Part shown: piece after piece, positions 31,652-45,048 of the stretch
Layout of the letters: every line of letters starts with the position of its first letter
Position numbering within the stretch: the stretch's first letter is position 1
Assembly: GCA_004764695.1 (NCBI GenBank)
Contig: SMSO01000034.1
Location: forward strand, 1,054,001 to 1,118,000
Length of the DNA: 64,000 nucleotides
Direction: 5' to 3'
From: Schizochytrium sp. TIO01
Lineage: Eukaryota; Protista; Bigyra: Labyrinthulomycetes
Program-made: the position numbers and the translations under genes
Notes under the pieces: generated by a model
Seen by the model: the letters and a program-made list of their open reading frames with translations, nothing else
Told to the model about the DNA's origin: nothing
Databases searched by the model: none

Positions 31652-33931
31652 TTATCGATGCATGAACCATCGCCATACCATATTTGCTGAGCTAACTGGT
31701 CCACTAGTGCGTCCAGATTTGCTGCTTTCTGAAGATTTGCTGCTTTCAGTAGATTTGCGGTCATCAGCATGATCAGTACCTTGAGCGTCCGCAGCATGCA
31801 CAGCATGAGTGCTCGACTTAACTGATGCTGTGAAAGCCAAAGGAAGAGACGTCTTATAAGACTGGTTAGTGATTCCTGACAAGTTACTTGAGGATGTTGA
31901 GATAGCAGAGGCAGAAACGGTTTGCTGCACGCAAATTGTACCGGCTGGGTCCTTTGTATTGCTTGATGCATCGAGAGGGCCAGAGTGAGGACGATCAGCC
32001 TTGCATGCTTTGGAGGATGGACAAGGCGACGCATCTTCCTGGTTTGAGTTGTTGCATTGCTGAGTTTGCGAGACCGACCCTGCAGCTGCAGTAGAGTCAG
32101 CAGCATTCTTGTTGTGGTCATTGACATTTTCATTATTATTTGTGTTGTTGTTGTCACTGCTGCTGCTGTTCAATATGGTCGTAGGTTGTCGATCAGGCAA
32201 AATTGCAATTGGAGGCTGGGTGCCAGTTGGTTGCGCATCGGTTGTCACAGAAGTTGTGACAGATGCGAGAAGGGCAGTAACTTGTGGATCGATGGGTGCA
32301 GTGATAATATGGCCGATGTCAATCATATTAGTCGACACCGAGCCAAGGCTATCATCATAAACTTGTTTGACGTGATCAACAGCGGCACGCATTGCTTTAT
32401 ATTCACGATCACGAATAAGGCTGTACTCGAGAACAATAAACATAAAGTGCCGAAAAGACTCATGAAGAAAATCGCCTGCTTCGTTCTCCTGCAAGATGTC
32501 TTGGCAGTGATGAAAAAGAATGGCATAAACACGAAAAAGACGTGTGTAAACCGTGGTAATAATCTCCATAAAGTCATCAGGAAATAAGGTTTCTTCGTCC
32601 ACAGGAAAATACCGACGATCATTGATTATTCCCTCAACCCAGCCAAGGGCATGTTGTACATACTCGGGGCCAGACATGCGAACTGGTTTGCGTTTCTCCT
32701 TGACGAGAGGCGGAGCCCATCGGTATTCGTAATGTGGTGGAAAGCCCTGGCCAACTTCTGGGTAACGAATCTCCAACTCTTCATTGCACATGTCTGCCAT
32801 TAGACAAACTTCTTTGAAGAACTGATACAAATTTGTAGCAAGCCATTCATATGATTCTTCGCGGCGACCAAGCTCGCCAACCAAAAGTGGCATTGTATGT
32901 GTAGATGGCGTGGATGGTAGAGTGAGAGTCTCGTCGCTCGGACCACTCGCATCTGTGGATGCTGTTGATTGCGAGTCCAGTGAAGCAGCAGGTAGGGGCC
33001 TTGGCCGGGTTAAGGGGGGTGCTGTTGACTTATTAGAATCCCCTTCTTGATTTTGTACACGAAGTTTGTTGATGATGGTTGCGTTCTTTTTGGACATCGT
33101 CCCCAGTCGTCTTTCCCTTTGCACAAGGGCGCTTTCGTCAGTGGTGTCGGTCTCATCGTCGCATTCTGGAGAGCCCGTTGCCTCGCACTCCTCCTCGTTT
33201 TCACAGCTGCTCCTGCAGATGGGGTCGCTGCTTTCCATCACAAGTTGCTTGCGACGAAAGGTAGACTTCATCTTGGTTTTGGCAAGTGTAAGGATAGCGC
33301 TTGCCACTTGCGACTGAGATTGTTGTGGCCCTCCCTGGCTCATCATAGAAATCTTCTCTCCAAAGCCATCGTCCATATCACCAAATTCGCACCGCACATC
33401 ACCTTCCAGTGCACCAGCACGAATGGCCGCTGCTATAGCGCTTACATCCTCGCCACATTTGTCCATCCTGTCATATCTGTCGCCCTTTTTCACAAGGAGT
33501 CCCTTGCTCTTCATCAAGCCACCGCTTTTTTCGACCTCGCTTCCGCCTTTGGTGTCGCCTGGAATGTTATTGTTGTTATTATTATGATAAGCGCTATCGC
33601 CGCTGTGAACAGTGTGGGTATGATTATTATGTACGCCGTGCCTCGAAATCGCGCGAGCAAGCTTGCTGCCCACGCGAGCGGCCTTGGACGCAGGAGCTGC
33701 ACCCGATCTGATTGCCTCTGCTGCCGACGAAGAAACTGCCTCTGCAGAGCTCGAGCTCGCTGTGCTTTTGGAGCTGGTCGGCATTGCTCTGGGCTCCATC
33801 AAGGCTGCACGCGCCGTGGAAGACGGTGCTTGAGTCAGTGAAGAAGACAACGGGCTTGACAGAGAGGCTGCCGCGGGAGCATCCAGGCCGCCCTCCGGAA
33901 GAACAAGCAGCCGCGGTCCCTGCAAGAACAT
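31652..33931 (-). CDS. MOB1/phocein-family kinase activator with long low-complexity extensions
   Basis: MOB core EWLATNLYQFF...YEYRW...KPVRMSGPEYVQHALGWVEGIINDRRYFP...FPDDF...TRLFRVYA...FRHFMF..LEYSLI. The track start at 34165 runs through poly-A/T non-coding-like sequence, so ATG 33931 is preferred. Confidence 0.88.
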   Translation of the reverse strand: MFLQGPRLLVLPEGGLDAPAAASLSSPLSSSLTQAPSSTARAALMEPRAMPTSSKSTASSSSAEAVSSSAAEAIRSGAAPASKAARVGSKLARAISRHGVHNNHTHTVHSGDSAYHNNNNNNIPGDTKGGSEVEKSGGLMKSKGLLVKKGDRYDRMDKCGEDVSAIAAAIRAGALEGDVRCEFGDMDDGFGEKISMMSQGGPQQSQSQVASAILTLAKTKMKSTFRRKQLVMESSDPICRSSCENEEECEATGSPECDDETDTTDESALVQRERRLGTMSKKNATIINKLRVQNQEGDSNKSTAPPLTRPRPLPAASLDSQSTASTDASGPSDETLTLPSTPSTHTMPLLVGELGRREESYEWLATNLYQFFKEVCLMADMCNEELEIRYPEVGQGFPPHYEYRWAPPLVKEKRKPVRMSGPEYVQHALGWVEGIINDRRYFPVDEETLFPDDFMEIITTVYTRLFRVYAILFHHCQDILQENEAGDFLHESFRHFMFIVLEYSLIRDREYKAMRAAVDHVKQVYDDSLGSVSTNMIDIGHIITAPIDPQVTALLASVTTSVTTDAQPTGTQPPIAILPDRQPTTILNSSSSDNNNTNNNENVNDHNKNAADSTAAAGSVSQTQQCNNSNQEDASPCPSSKACKADRPHSGPLDASSNTKDPAGTICVQQTVSASAISTSSSNLSGITNQSYKTSLPLAFTASVKSSTHAVHAADAQGTDHADDRKSTESSKSSESSKSGRTSGPVSSANMVWRWFMHR

Positions 33932-36900
33932 GGCTCCGCCGCGCGGGCCAGCGCCCAGCCTCGCGGAATCAATGCAGCGAGGGTGCTGTCCTCGCGCGAT
34001 CTGGTGCGATTCTGATTTGATTTCTTGTTGGAATGATTTCTTTGTTTTGCTTATTCGTGCTACCCTCCTTAAAATATGTTCTTTTATTTGTTCTCTTTTT
34101 TTCTTTTTCTTTTTCTTTTTTTTAGAAAAGAAAAAAAAGTAAAAGTAGGCTTTAACCATTCGCATTCTACACTTTGCAATGATTATTAGTCATTATTAAT
34201 ATTAAATATATATATTTAATTAAAAGAGAACGAAAGAATTTAAAAAAGGGCTTTCGAAGTCTTTTTGTTTTCATGCTCAGCGAATTCTTTTTTAGTGTTT
34301 TTTTAAATTTATTTTTTTAAGTCTTTTCGTCAACTTACAAATTGAAAGAGTATTCTGGGTTGTTTGAGCAATCATTGCATTCGCGCACGCTGTTGCCAGA
34401 GGCCAGTCATGGAAAGAAATGGTTTACATTGCGCCACCACGCGCCTCTATTCCTCTGCAAAGTGCAGCCTCTGAGCAAAGAAGCGAGTTGCCAAGCTTAT
34501 TCGCGAAGCAAACAAGCCTCGTCCCTCTCCTCTGGGGGCCTCTCCTGTTTGGAGAGTTCGTTAGAACAGTTCCAACGAACGAACAGCCGACTTACTAAAA
34601 CATGTTTTTCTCAACTTGTTCTTTTAGAATGCATAAACAAAGCAGAGAGACAGGAAGACAGGAAGGAAAACAAACGTTGAACCTTTCCAATCATGAGAGA
34701 AATAAATAACGAACCGAAATAGCTTTTCGCATGCTAAGCAACTGCTTCAAGCCCTTCGGCACTACAATAGAATGAAGGTCGCTCTCGAAGACAGTCCCAA
34801 TCTCTTATTTACTCCTAGATTAGAACTTAGCACTCCTTCCGGAACCCACGAAGGCCTGGAGTTCAACTTATCCTGAAAGCAACAGGTAGAACCTAAACCT
34901 GCGTTTCATCATTACCTTGATTCTCTTAATGAATTCGAGCAGCACTTCAAGTTGAGGTTCTCAACTCTGGCCAGGGGAATCAACATCAACGTCAAGGACT
35001 TGAGCAGACACGGAGCCGAGGAAACTGAGCCTCTCCAAAGTGGCAAAGCGGTTCGGTTAGGGATAGAAAGTGCGCAGCGGAAGATAGATTCAAACGATCG
35101 ATCGACCGATTGATTGCACTTTTAAAATCCTACAACATCTATTTAATTATAGAAGATGGAAGGAAACATGAGAACATTGAGAACTTCAGGGCCTTGCAAA
35201 TTGCGCAGGCTGGTCGGCACGTGAATTTTTAATGACTGACAGCGCGTTTCCACAAGTCTATATTCTAAAATGGGACACTCAGTGACAAGCCAAACGCGCA
35301 GACTTGGAGGTGTACCGAAATGCGTCTGACTGCCGGGGTTGTCAGGGAGAAGAGGATCCCTCGCGGTAGCAGCCACCAGTGATGCAGATTATGGGCAACT
35401 AGTTCTTGCCACCGAGCTGCTCAGAAATAAACAAAACATCTGAACAGTGCTACAGTCACGTGTTTCAAGGGAAAGGCGAGGTAGAGTAAACGCTAACTAG
35501 TAATAGTTATACAGCTCATGAAGAAGTGTGATGTTAGTGGCGAAGTTGATTGAATAAGGGAGCTTCTGCGCTGTCTGTATACTGCGTGAAAACTGCCTTT
35601 TCTACGGGTTAACTCGAAGGCAATGGCGAGAGAGCCCGCGAGCAGTTGCTTTCTCAAGTAGTCCCTGTGGATCAGCAGCGTAGCATTTTAGAGGGCTGAC
35701 GGCTTGTCCTGACTTCGTCCTAATTGATGAATCGCGGCCCTTCACTTTCATTCTCCTCTCGGACTTTTAAAGTGTTCTTTTTTGTCCTCCTTTTTCAATT
35801 AATCCCCCCCTGTCTTTTTATATGGAAATGAGAAAATCAGAGAAAATGTCTCATCCGAGTTCTTTTTACTTTGTTTATTCTTTATGTTTATTCTTTATAA
35901 TCTAGGTATACAATTCATGCTTTTAAAAACTTAAAAAAAGAAAAAAGCTAAAATCTAAAAAAGTAAGAAAAATAGCATTTTAATGGGGGAACTCTTATTC
36001 GGTCTTATGAAGGAATTGATGTCCTTTTAAAAATTGATGGCTTTTATTTTAAGTCTTACTTTTTTTCTTTCCTTTTCTGGGTAGAGTCTTTGCACGAGTT
36101 CCTGGCGCTCCCTTTCCCGAGGCTGGTCAATGGCTTGCTCGCTCCAAACATCGATCAACAAGCAAGCTCTTTACGCATAAGATGGGATAATCAAGTACTT
36201 TCTGATTACGGAAATGTCTAGGCTACGGGATCGTCGAGCTGCGTATCGTCAGTGGATGATTCATTCGCTTGGCTGAACTGGTTCTTCACCTCTAACTTGG
36301 GCGTAAACTACTTTGCGCCAGGAGAATGGGTCCAGCTTTTCGAAGGTAGGGTAGTGTGTATCCACAAATGTTGTTGAACAAGAGATGCAAAACGCTGTCC
36401 TTCACTTTATGCAAGCATTTGGCGACTTGCCACCAGGTACCCCAATGGGAACAATGTATAAGAGCGGCTTGGATCGAAAAAAGGAAGGGCTAATCGTCCG
36501 CTGAGACTTAGTTCCTTTATAATTTTTATTTTCGCTCGCGTTCTTCTTGGCACCTCTTTGTTTCATTTCTTTCAGATAGTACTTACTTAGGAAGTACCGC
36601 AACAGCAATGAAGTTTAGAAAACTCAGTGGCCCTCTTCTTCAGATAATCGCGAAAGTCTGATTGATTCAAAGCTCGGGTTGATAAAAGGTCACCCTTTCT
36701 ACACCCCTCCAGAGCAGCCACTGAGATCGAACTAGCTAGATATTGTTTTGCGGGGCAGGCATGCGTCCTGGCTTAATGTTTAATTTCTGGCATCTTTCTG
36801 GGCCGTCTCTCCCTCAATCCTTGCGTTCCGAACTAAAAAGTTGATCTAGTTTTTAATTTTCTCCTAGTGTTTCGGGATGACAGTGATTAAGAAAAGTGCG

Positions 36901-39900
36901 CAACTCAAAGGTCGCGAATATAACATTCATGTGACTGATGAGGCAAGTGGTTTCGTAGCCAACGGTCGCAACTGCGCCTCTGAAATTCAACTCAGATCAT
37001 CATTCTGAGCGAATAATGCTATTAGTTATATTAGCTATTTATGTCACTGATGTGATTGCGACAAAGCTATCAAAATCATAATCAAAGGCTACAACCAGAG
37101 CCAACGGACTAGAAAGATCTCAATTTGAGCAATTTACCAAGCCAAGCTTGTTAGAATTTGTTATTTACAGTGAAGCAGCCATGCACTTGATATTACAAAA
37201 CAACTATCTTGTGAATTCTTCATTGCTGTCTGCTTTTCAGTGCAAGCTAGACTGTCTTCATCTTGACCTGTTTTCTCTGCATGATATCGGTTTGCAATAA
37301 GGCCCTAGCCGTTTAAATATAAATATGAAGAAATGCAAAAGAGCGGCTGTTCAAATGAAACGAGTGACTCGGACATCTCAGTGCTACTTGAAGGACTAAC
37401 TAACATAGAGAACAAAAAGAACAAAGACACCTGAAAGAGGCGGAAAGTGTTAAAAAAAGGCAGTTAGCTGCCGCGCGTGCATGCGAAAATATTTTTTGAA
37501 AAATATTTCTTTCCATAAAACGAATTTAGAAGTCAGGACAAGGAAAAGCGATAAATCAAATACCTGTCTGTATATAAAATGCTTTGTTGTTTTCCCTGTC
37601 TCAAACACAAGCCACGTTTTATTACCAATAGTCCTTCGTAGACTAATCTCGAATATTACTATGTTCATGCTTCCCAGGCTACCTACCACCTTGCGCCGAA
37701 GGGCATGTATTGGATACAGTTTCTTCTGTTAACAAATTCGGGTATCGAATGTGTTTTTTTTAAGTTAGCATTTTATTTTAACTAAAAATAGAATAAAGAC
37801 CTACAACGAAACAAATTTGATTATAAGTTCATCGCCAGCGGTTCTATAGCAACGCCTTCTCGCCTGCCTGTCATTGAGAATAATATTCAAAGGAGTCTTT
37901 TCCTCGCAAAAACTCAAGCCACGGCTAGGTGCATTTTGAGAGATCAATTGCTGCTGGCTGCCTGGCTGGCTGTTTCTCTGCTTGGAGCTCCGCTTGCTTC
38001 CTTTTCTGTGGCAGCGCGTGCAGCGAGGCTTCCTGTTCTGACCTGCTCCTCAACTGCTGAGGGTAAATGAGCTAGAAGTGGCAGCCTGAGGACGGTGCTC
38101 AGTGGGGTAGGGCTTTGAAGAGATGTTTAATTGCTCTATATCAAACTCCGTTTATCTTATTTGAACTCGAAGGTTGTAGTGATAGAAATAGCTGTTGGTT
38201 TCTTGACGTGATAAGCTATAGTACTACATTTTAAATGTTCAAATAGCTTATTTTAAAGTTATTATTATTATTATTATTAAAAAGAAGGGGAAAGAGAAAA
38301 AGCTTTAAATTAAAATGGTTAATAACATGAATAGTAATAATAACCAAGCATGTTTTAGATAATTTTGAGGGATGGTCTTTGGAAGTACAAGAATAAAGAA
38401 AATACAAGCGTGTTACTTTGGTAGGGAGAGATAATGATGAACGACGAAGTCTTCGTTCGAGGAGAAGAAGCGACTACGATGGATTTTGGCTGCTATGAAA
38501 GTGGTAAATGAGGAAGATTTAAGCATGGGCTGGTCCCAGAAAGAAAGTGATCTCCAAAGTCCAGTAATTAACTCAAAATGCTTTCTTCCTTATTTTTGTA
38601 AATCAGGGATCATGAAAAAAAATAATAATAGAAATACATGAACACTCCAAAGAAGATGAGATAATGCATGGACAATATGTTTTTGCTTGCAGTTTTGAAA
38701 GGGATTCAAGACAAACGTAGGTAAGACTCATTTATATTGTCCAATTTCTCTATATTAGTGGTTCTCATTTGAGAGTCACACCTTCCCACTGAAAGCAATT
38801 ATTTAGAAAATGATGGGTTGGGTTTCGAAGAGACATGGCCTGAGAATGATCCTTTAGACACAGAAAAAAAATCTGCATGCATGAGGTTTTAAAGCAACTT
38901 CTATGCAATTAAAAATAAGAGTACCAGTGCGTATTTCACAACTTTGAGCGGCTGATCTTGATGATTTTTGGGCGTGATGGTGGTCAATCACTCACAACAG
39001 AAGATAGTACACCTCAAGATCGTATTACGAAATGAAAATAGCATGCAGGAGCATAAGATCTGCTTGAAGAATGAAGTGATAATACTTTTCAGAGTTTAGT
39101 TTTAAGCAAATCTCACGATCGATTAAGAACTCCACCTGGTTGCTGTAACCTGGAATGAATTGAAGTTAAAAGTTAGATTCTCTCTTTCGAAATAACAAAT
39201 AATAATAAAAATCATCGAGCAGGACTGCCTGGCCACTGAGTTTAGCTGTTGAAGAACGCCTGATCTGTGGCTCCCAGAAAAGAGTCTCTAAATGAATAAC
39301 GTTAGGACAAGCGACAATAATGCTGTTTGGTAGAGATTTCGTTGCTAATTCATATTTTTTGTTTAATATTATCCCATGTAATAATTATGTATTTTAATTT
39401 AAAAAAATAAAAACAAAAATAAGAACAGACCAAGAAACCAAAAAAACAGGTAATAATCTAGCAGGTGAATAGGAAGGAACTCAACGCTGTCTTCTTCGTC
39501 TTGGGCTCCTCGTTCACAGTGAGTCTTTATTATATAACCCAATTTGGGTCGTTTCACCTTCCGAAGTCTTTCTACCAATCGTTTGCTCGAACGTTCGAGT
39601 AATAGCGAACGCCCAACGCCAGCCAAGACAGTCCATCTTGCACCGAGCGTGGGCGCGGCCCTCAAGTTTAGTTCGGCCATAGCCTCAAAAGAAGCAAATA
39701 CCTAGGCCTATATTACTCAGAGTACACAAAGCTCTGCGGCACGCGCGAGTTAATTTATATTTGTTTTTATTTCAGGTTTTGTGACTTGCCTTGTAGTCAG
39801 GCTTCTTCAGGGGAAATAAAATCGAGCTTGCTTGCTCGTTTGATACTCGCCCTCATTTTTTGTTTATCAACGTTGCAATGAAGAGCCATGTCACGCTGGC

Positions 39901-42900
39901 ATGATGATCTCTAGATTCCTTGTGAGTGCCCCAGCAATTCCGCGGCATGATAACACCCTAATTAGTAGCATACTACCAAAGTATATAGTAAATGCTACTA
40001 CCGTTATTGGACACAGTTTGCCGGGATAAGATCAGTAAGAACGAGACCTTAGCGAGAATATAAGCCATAAGCTCACGTAGCTGGCTTGTGGTGTTTGAGA
40101 ATAAAACCAAATATTTGCACACACACAAAATGAGGCGCAAGCCTCAAACTAAATCCGAAAACGTGGTTCTCTTCTTCGTAGCTTAATAATTAGACAACTG
40201 CGAGTTCTCACAAGCTTTTTTGCATAGTAGAAAGAATTTCATTAGAAAACGAGTCAAACCTTTTAGAATTATGTTAACATTTCAGTCATTAATCCATGAG
40301 AGTGTTACTTAGAATTTAGTACATGTCTGTACACGTCTATTTTGATAACTGATCTTGATCCAAAACTATTTTGTGAACAAAAGTCCTGTCGGCTCAGAAC
40401 GACTTCCTTAGACTTATGTGTAACACTTTAAGACACTGTACTAAAGACCTTGAGGAATAAAATTGCAGAGTATCCCAATTATTCTTTGATTATCTTCGGC
40501 ACTGAAACGGAATTTTGTATAAATCGCTTGACAACCTCCACTATGAACCGTAGACGTAGATAAAGATTTTGCAATTCATGCATTAAAAAGCAAATGGAGA
40601 CAAAATAGTGAGCGTAGGACGCAAGCAACGTACTAAAACGGATTGTTTTGCAACACCAAGGTTCGTTCAGACGTAATGTGCGAGGCTTCAAATCCCGTTA
40701 CAAGACAAAAAATGAGAATAACTCTATTCTGTATTTGTATCACCTGTTGGCAGAGTAATACAATTTGAAGCATATCCTATAAATTCACATTACAACCTAA
40801 ATATTCCCCATATGATGACGCTACGCTAAACGAAGCAAAGTCGTTTAGAAGACAACTGATGAGCTTACCAAGCAGTCACAGATCACTATGAAGTTTGTCT
40901 ACGAGCAATATGGCCTTAAGCTTTCTTATCGAAGTATGTGCAGAGTTTTCTTACAAACAAATTTTCGGATTACAACGATCTATCTTGCGTAGCAGAAATT
41001 TTAAACAAGATTAGGACAACTCATGTCCTCAAGGTTGGGCCCAACCTAAAATATCGTATTTTTTTTGTTGTTATTGTTGCTGTTTCTAGAAACCCTTGCT
41101 CATCTAAATGTTCTTCTTTGAAAATAAACTTAAACCTTGGAGGAGGTATACAAACACAATGGTCTTCGATAAACAAATCTAAAAAATATGTAGTCTAAGG
41201 ACTTCCATGTTATATCATTGTGGTTCCGATAAACTATATATATTGACATTAACAAACGAGCCTTGCGAAACGTATATCAGAAAGCATTGATACAGAAAAT
41301 CGTCTTGAGTTGCTGCTTTAATAAAGAACTTCGATATATAAACTTCCTAGATTCTAGTTCCTGAGCTGCTACAAGTAGAGAACCTAAAGTTAGTCTGTCT
41401 AACTCTGATCTCATCGAATAGGGTTACTTTCTTATGTCTCATATTTTAGGAACATGTTTCAATACATCCAAGGCATCCTCAATTTAAAGCTTCTTACATC
41501 TTTCTATCTCGCGCATCCGTCATAGGTGAAAAGAATTGTGAATTGTATCATGATTATAGGGTAGGTACTAATAATTTGGAGTTCGTGGTAGTACACACTG
41601 GCTTTCGTCTTTGGTAGGGCACGCTGGCCAGCCCAGGTTAATACGACGGAAAGTGTGTACTATAGTGCACGCGGAAACAACTTGCACTCAAGTGAGCGAA
41701 CCACCCATTGGTTTCAAATGCTTCTGCTTATCAGTGCGAGAGCGTGCGTTACAAAATGTGTACCGCAGCACGCAGTAGTTTTCTGGAATCATCTTTGAAC
41801 TACCACCTTTCGTTGCTAGTTGAATAATTTCTTTTGAGAGAGGTGTGTTTCTTACCAACCACTGTATCTCATGATGGAGGTGGTCACGGTGGTAGTACAC
41901 AACTCGCACCACTTCGACGCACTCTAAACTTCCTTCTTCTGTTTCATCTAAAAAGAAAAAAGAAAAAAGAAAAAGGCGTAGATTTGTTAGTATTTTATTT
42001 TTTTAATATTAAAATAAAAACTTCCTTTAAGTTTACATAAGAAAACAAAAACAAAAACAAAAACACGTCTTTATGTGTAAAGTGAAATATTCTCCTTTTC
42101 TATTGTATTAATGAATTTTTTATTTTTTTTTTAAATCTGCACGTGCAAAACAAAAGTTAGGATTTTTTTAATTTTTTTAAAATTATTGCATTAGCAGGTA
42201 GCATATATAGTAACAACGATGTTGAAGTCACTGTTGTTTTTTTGGTTTCTATATACATATATATAATATATTATATAAATGGGGTTGTTTGTTTATATAT
42301 ACATGTGTATATATTCCTAATTTCTCAAAATGGAAGAAAACTAGAGTCATTGAAAAAATCAAAAGCCTAGGGCTAACATCCAATGAAACAACCGTTATGT
42401 TTATTACACAGCAATCAATTTGTGAAAGAGACTAGTCTATTTCACCAGCCCCCCAGTGTTTTGTTCATTGCTCGTTTGGCTTGCGTGTCAAATTCTGCAA
42501 CATAAGTCCTTACCTTTGAAGGTGGGTAAAGCTACTTCTTTGTATACTTTGACTGGCAAATGAGTTCGAATGGGAACCTGGCGACTACGTGAGAGCATGC
42601 ATTTATATCGCGTCAAGGAAGAGCTGGCGCATCCTATTCGGCAAAAAATTGGAAAGTGCTCTAATATTCAATTATAGTCCCGGGGATAGCATATCATCAT
42701 GTGTGTCTTATAATGTGATGAAAAGATACCAATCTCAAGATTCAATCTGGATCAAATCTATTTGAGGGTTGCATAGATGCTGAGTACTTAATCCTTAATT
42801 CGACAGAGTGAAAGTATAACTAGAAGCACTCTATGTTTTAAGTCCATTCCTTTGATCTTTCGAAACATGATACTTGCTGACTCGTTCTTCCCGAATCTAC

Positions 42901-45048
42901 ATTAAAAAAGGTTATCAATATGCTCCTATTTAAATTTGCTTTAGTGAAAAGGAGTTTACAAGCATATATATGCATTCAACGTTATCTACTTAGGCTTGCT
43001 CTGGTTTTACAGTACAATCATTTCAGCCAGCCAGCTATCATTGTGTCTATGGTCCCCTCTGTAACAGAAGGTATTTCATTCTGTAATCCCCAGCTGCTCC
43101 TTCATTCTAAATCACTAATAAGTCAGAATGCATGAAAGAACATAACGAATGCAATTCTAAGTTCCTTACCCTATCTCGCTTTTGGCGGTGGTGAGCTCGC
43201 CACTGGCTTCTTTTCTTCTTTCTTTCTTTCTTTCTTTCTGAATGTATTAGGACCAACGGAGCCCTTTCTTGCTCTGTAATGGGGATGGGAGAAGAGATCC
43301 AGAAACAGGCAATCGAATACAAAGCGATATCTTTAAAGAATGTTTACACATATTGAAATATTTAAGGGTGTTTTCGTTCTTCGCTCATGAATGAATTTCA
43401 CAACATGCCCAATTATAAACACGACTAATCTTTAACAGATGCTGTATTGTAAGTAACTGGGCAATTCGGGCTCTCTTTTGCAAACCATGCAATTCCATAA
43501 ATTTATGTTGCTATGATATTTGGAAGGCTAAGATTACCATTTAAAGCATTGTCAACAAATATGGAATCAGTTCAGCCGCCCGAATATCTTAATGTTGAAA
43601 ATGTTTGAAATGTCTTTTCTAATGATAGAGCTTTTAGCTACTCTCATAAAAGGGCTCGGAACTACTGCAGAAACTTTGATACGACAATAATTTAAAGAGG
43701 TAATCCAGCTATTCACAGCGTCTCTATACTTTGTATATAGCTCTTCAACACTCACCATCTTTTGAAGATGAGTTAAAGTAATGAACGGGAGACCTTGCCA
43801 TGATAAGAACTTTAACCCAACATACGTCTGCCTCAATAATGTGTCTTAAATAGATGGTGCATAGTATATTGTATAACGGGAACGGGAACACAGTATAGTG
43901 AAGGAATTGAAGCATTAGCTATTCTATCGTGTTCTCGCAAATAATGGTAAACCTAGAAGATTATATTGTATTGAAACTTGGTACCTGCTAAAAGAGAAAT
44001 AGGAAAAGTGATGTCAAGAGTCTTGTCTACAAGAGCAAGGGAAGACAGAGAGTTAAAGCTTTTGTTTAACTTTGTTATGAAAGGTCACGGTCGTTAATTA
44101 GTCTATTTGTGAAAAATCCCGAGCTTGTTCGTATTTCAGGGATGTCTCACACTGCCTTCCGTTAATCATGCTGGTTTTGTCTAGTGGCAGGTATTCTACG
44201 AATGCTTCAACAAATGAGCCAGCCACGCGCTTTCGGTTCTGCATGCACTCTGCTGGGATATATATGCATCCCCTTAGTATGTTATATTGCCCTCAGTCTT
44301 ACAAAGGATTGTCATGAACTCTTGCTCTGTTCCATTTACTGGTTCCTCCAATGGTGTATTTCAACAATGCATGACTGATCATGAAAACAAACAACCTGGA
44401 GGTATCAATATCACGGGGTCATAATGTTCGATTCTTTTTACAGAATGACTCTTGAAGCGCTGAATATGAACTGGATGAACTGATATTTTTAGTAAAACTC
44501 GTACAACGTAGATACTAAATTAAAGTAGCGAGAACACAAGCATTGATTTCATGAAAGTAAACAAAATGGGTAATTCGGAAGCTGTTCAAATGTTAAGACA
44601 TCGAGAGTAGGTGCGGTGCAGCGTCTCTGTTGTACTTATCAGCACACTGTTATATTTATGGATATTCTGAAGCCCACTGCATTATTGCAACCAGCCGGGC
44701 TCATCCATGTCGTGGTTCTCAAGCAGTAATGCAAAGAACTCTTTTCATCAATTAAACCCTTTTATTTAATACAGCTTTTGCTTTCATTCCATCGATATAT
44801 AGTTTACGATCATGCTGTGGTATCATGAGTTCAAGAAGGGAAGCCAACAAAGCTAAGGTCCAAACTTTATTACCTACCTAGCTAGAGAAGTTTCTCTCTT
44901 CAAATTTTCCCTCTGTTTGCCTTCCTTTCCTTACCAACTCTTTCCTTAGGAATTCTTTATAAATCGGTAAGTACTCCATTTATGGACTTGCTAGAATAGC
45001 GCATTCTTGAAATTCTTCTCTCCAGCAGCCGCGACACTCTTCTGCACG

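Noticed and set aside
33932-34165. N-terminal extension of the MOB ORF in the track
   Set aside because: FFFF/KKKKKKKK runs are translated homopolymer tracts, so probably non-coding.
34772-35113. 113-codon ATG frame with a single internal TGA (possible Sec or readthrough)
   Set aside because: No redox-motif context or SECIS seen, and such frames are expected by chance in an 11-kb gap.
40655-40700. tRNA T-loop-like TTCAAATCCC
   Set aside because: No cloverleaf, D-arm or acceptor stem could be built.
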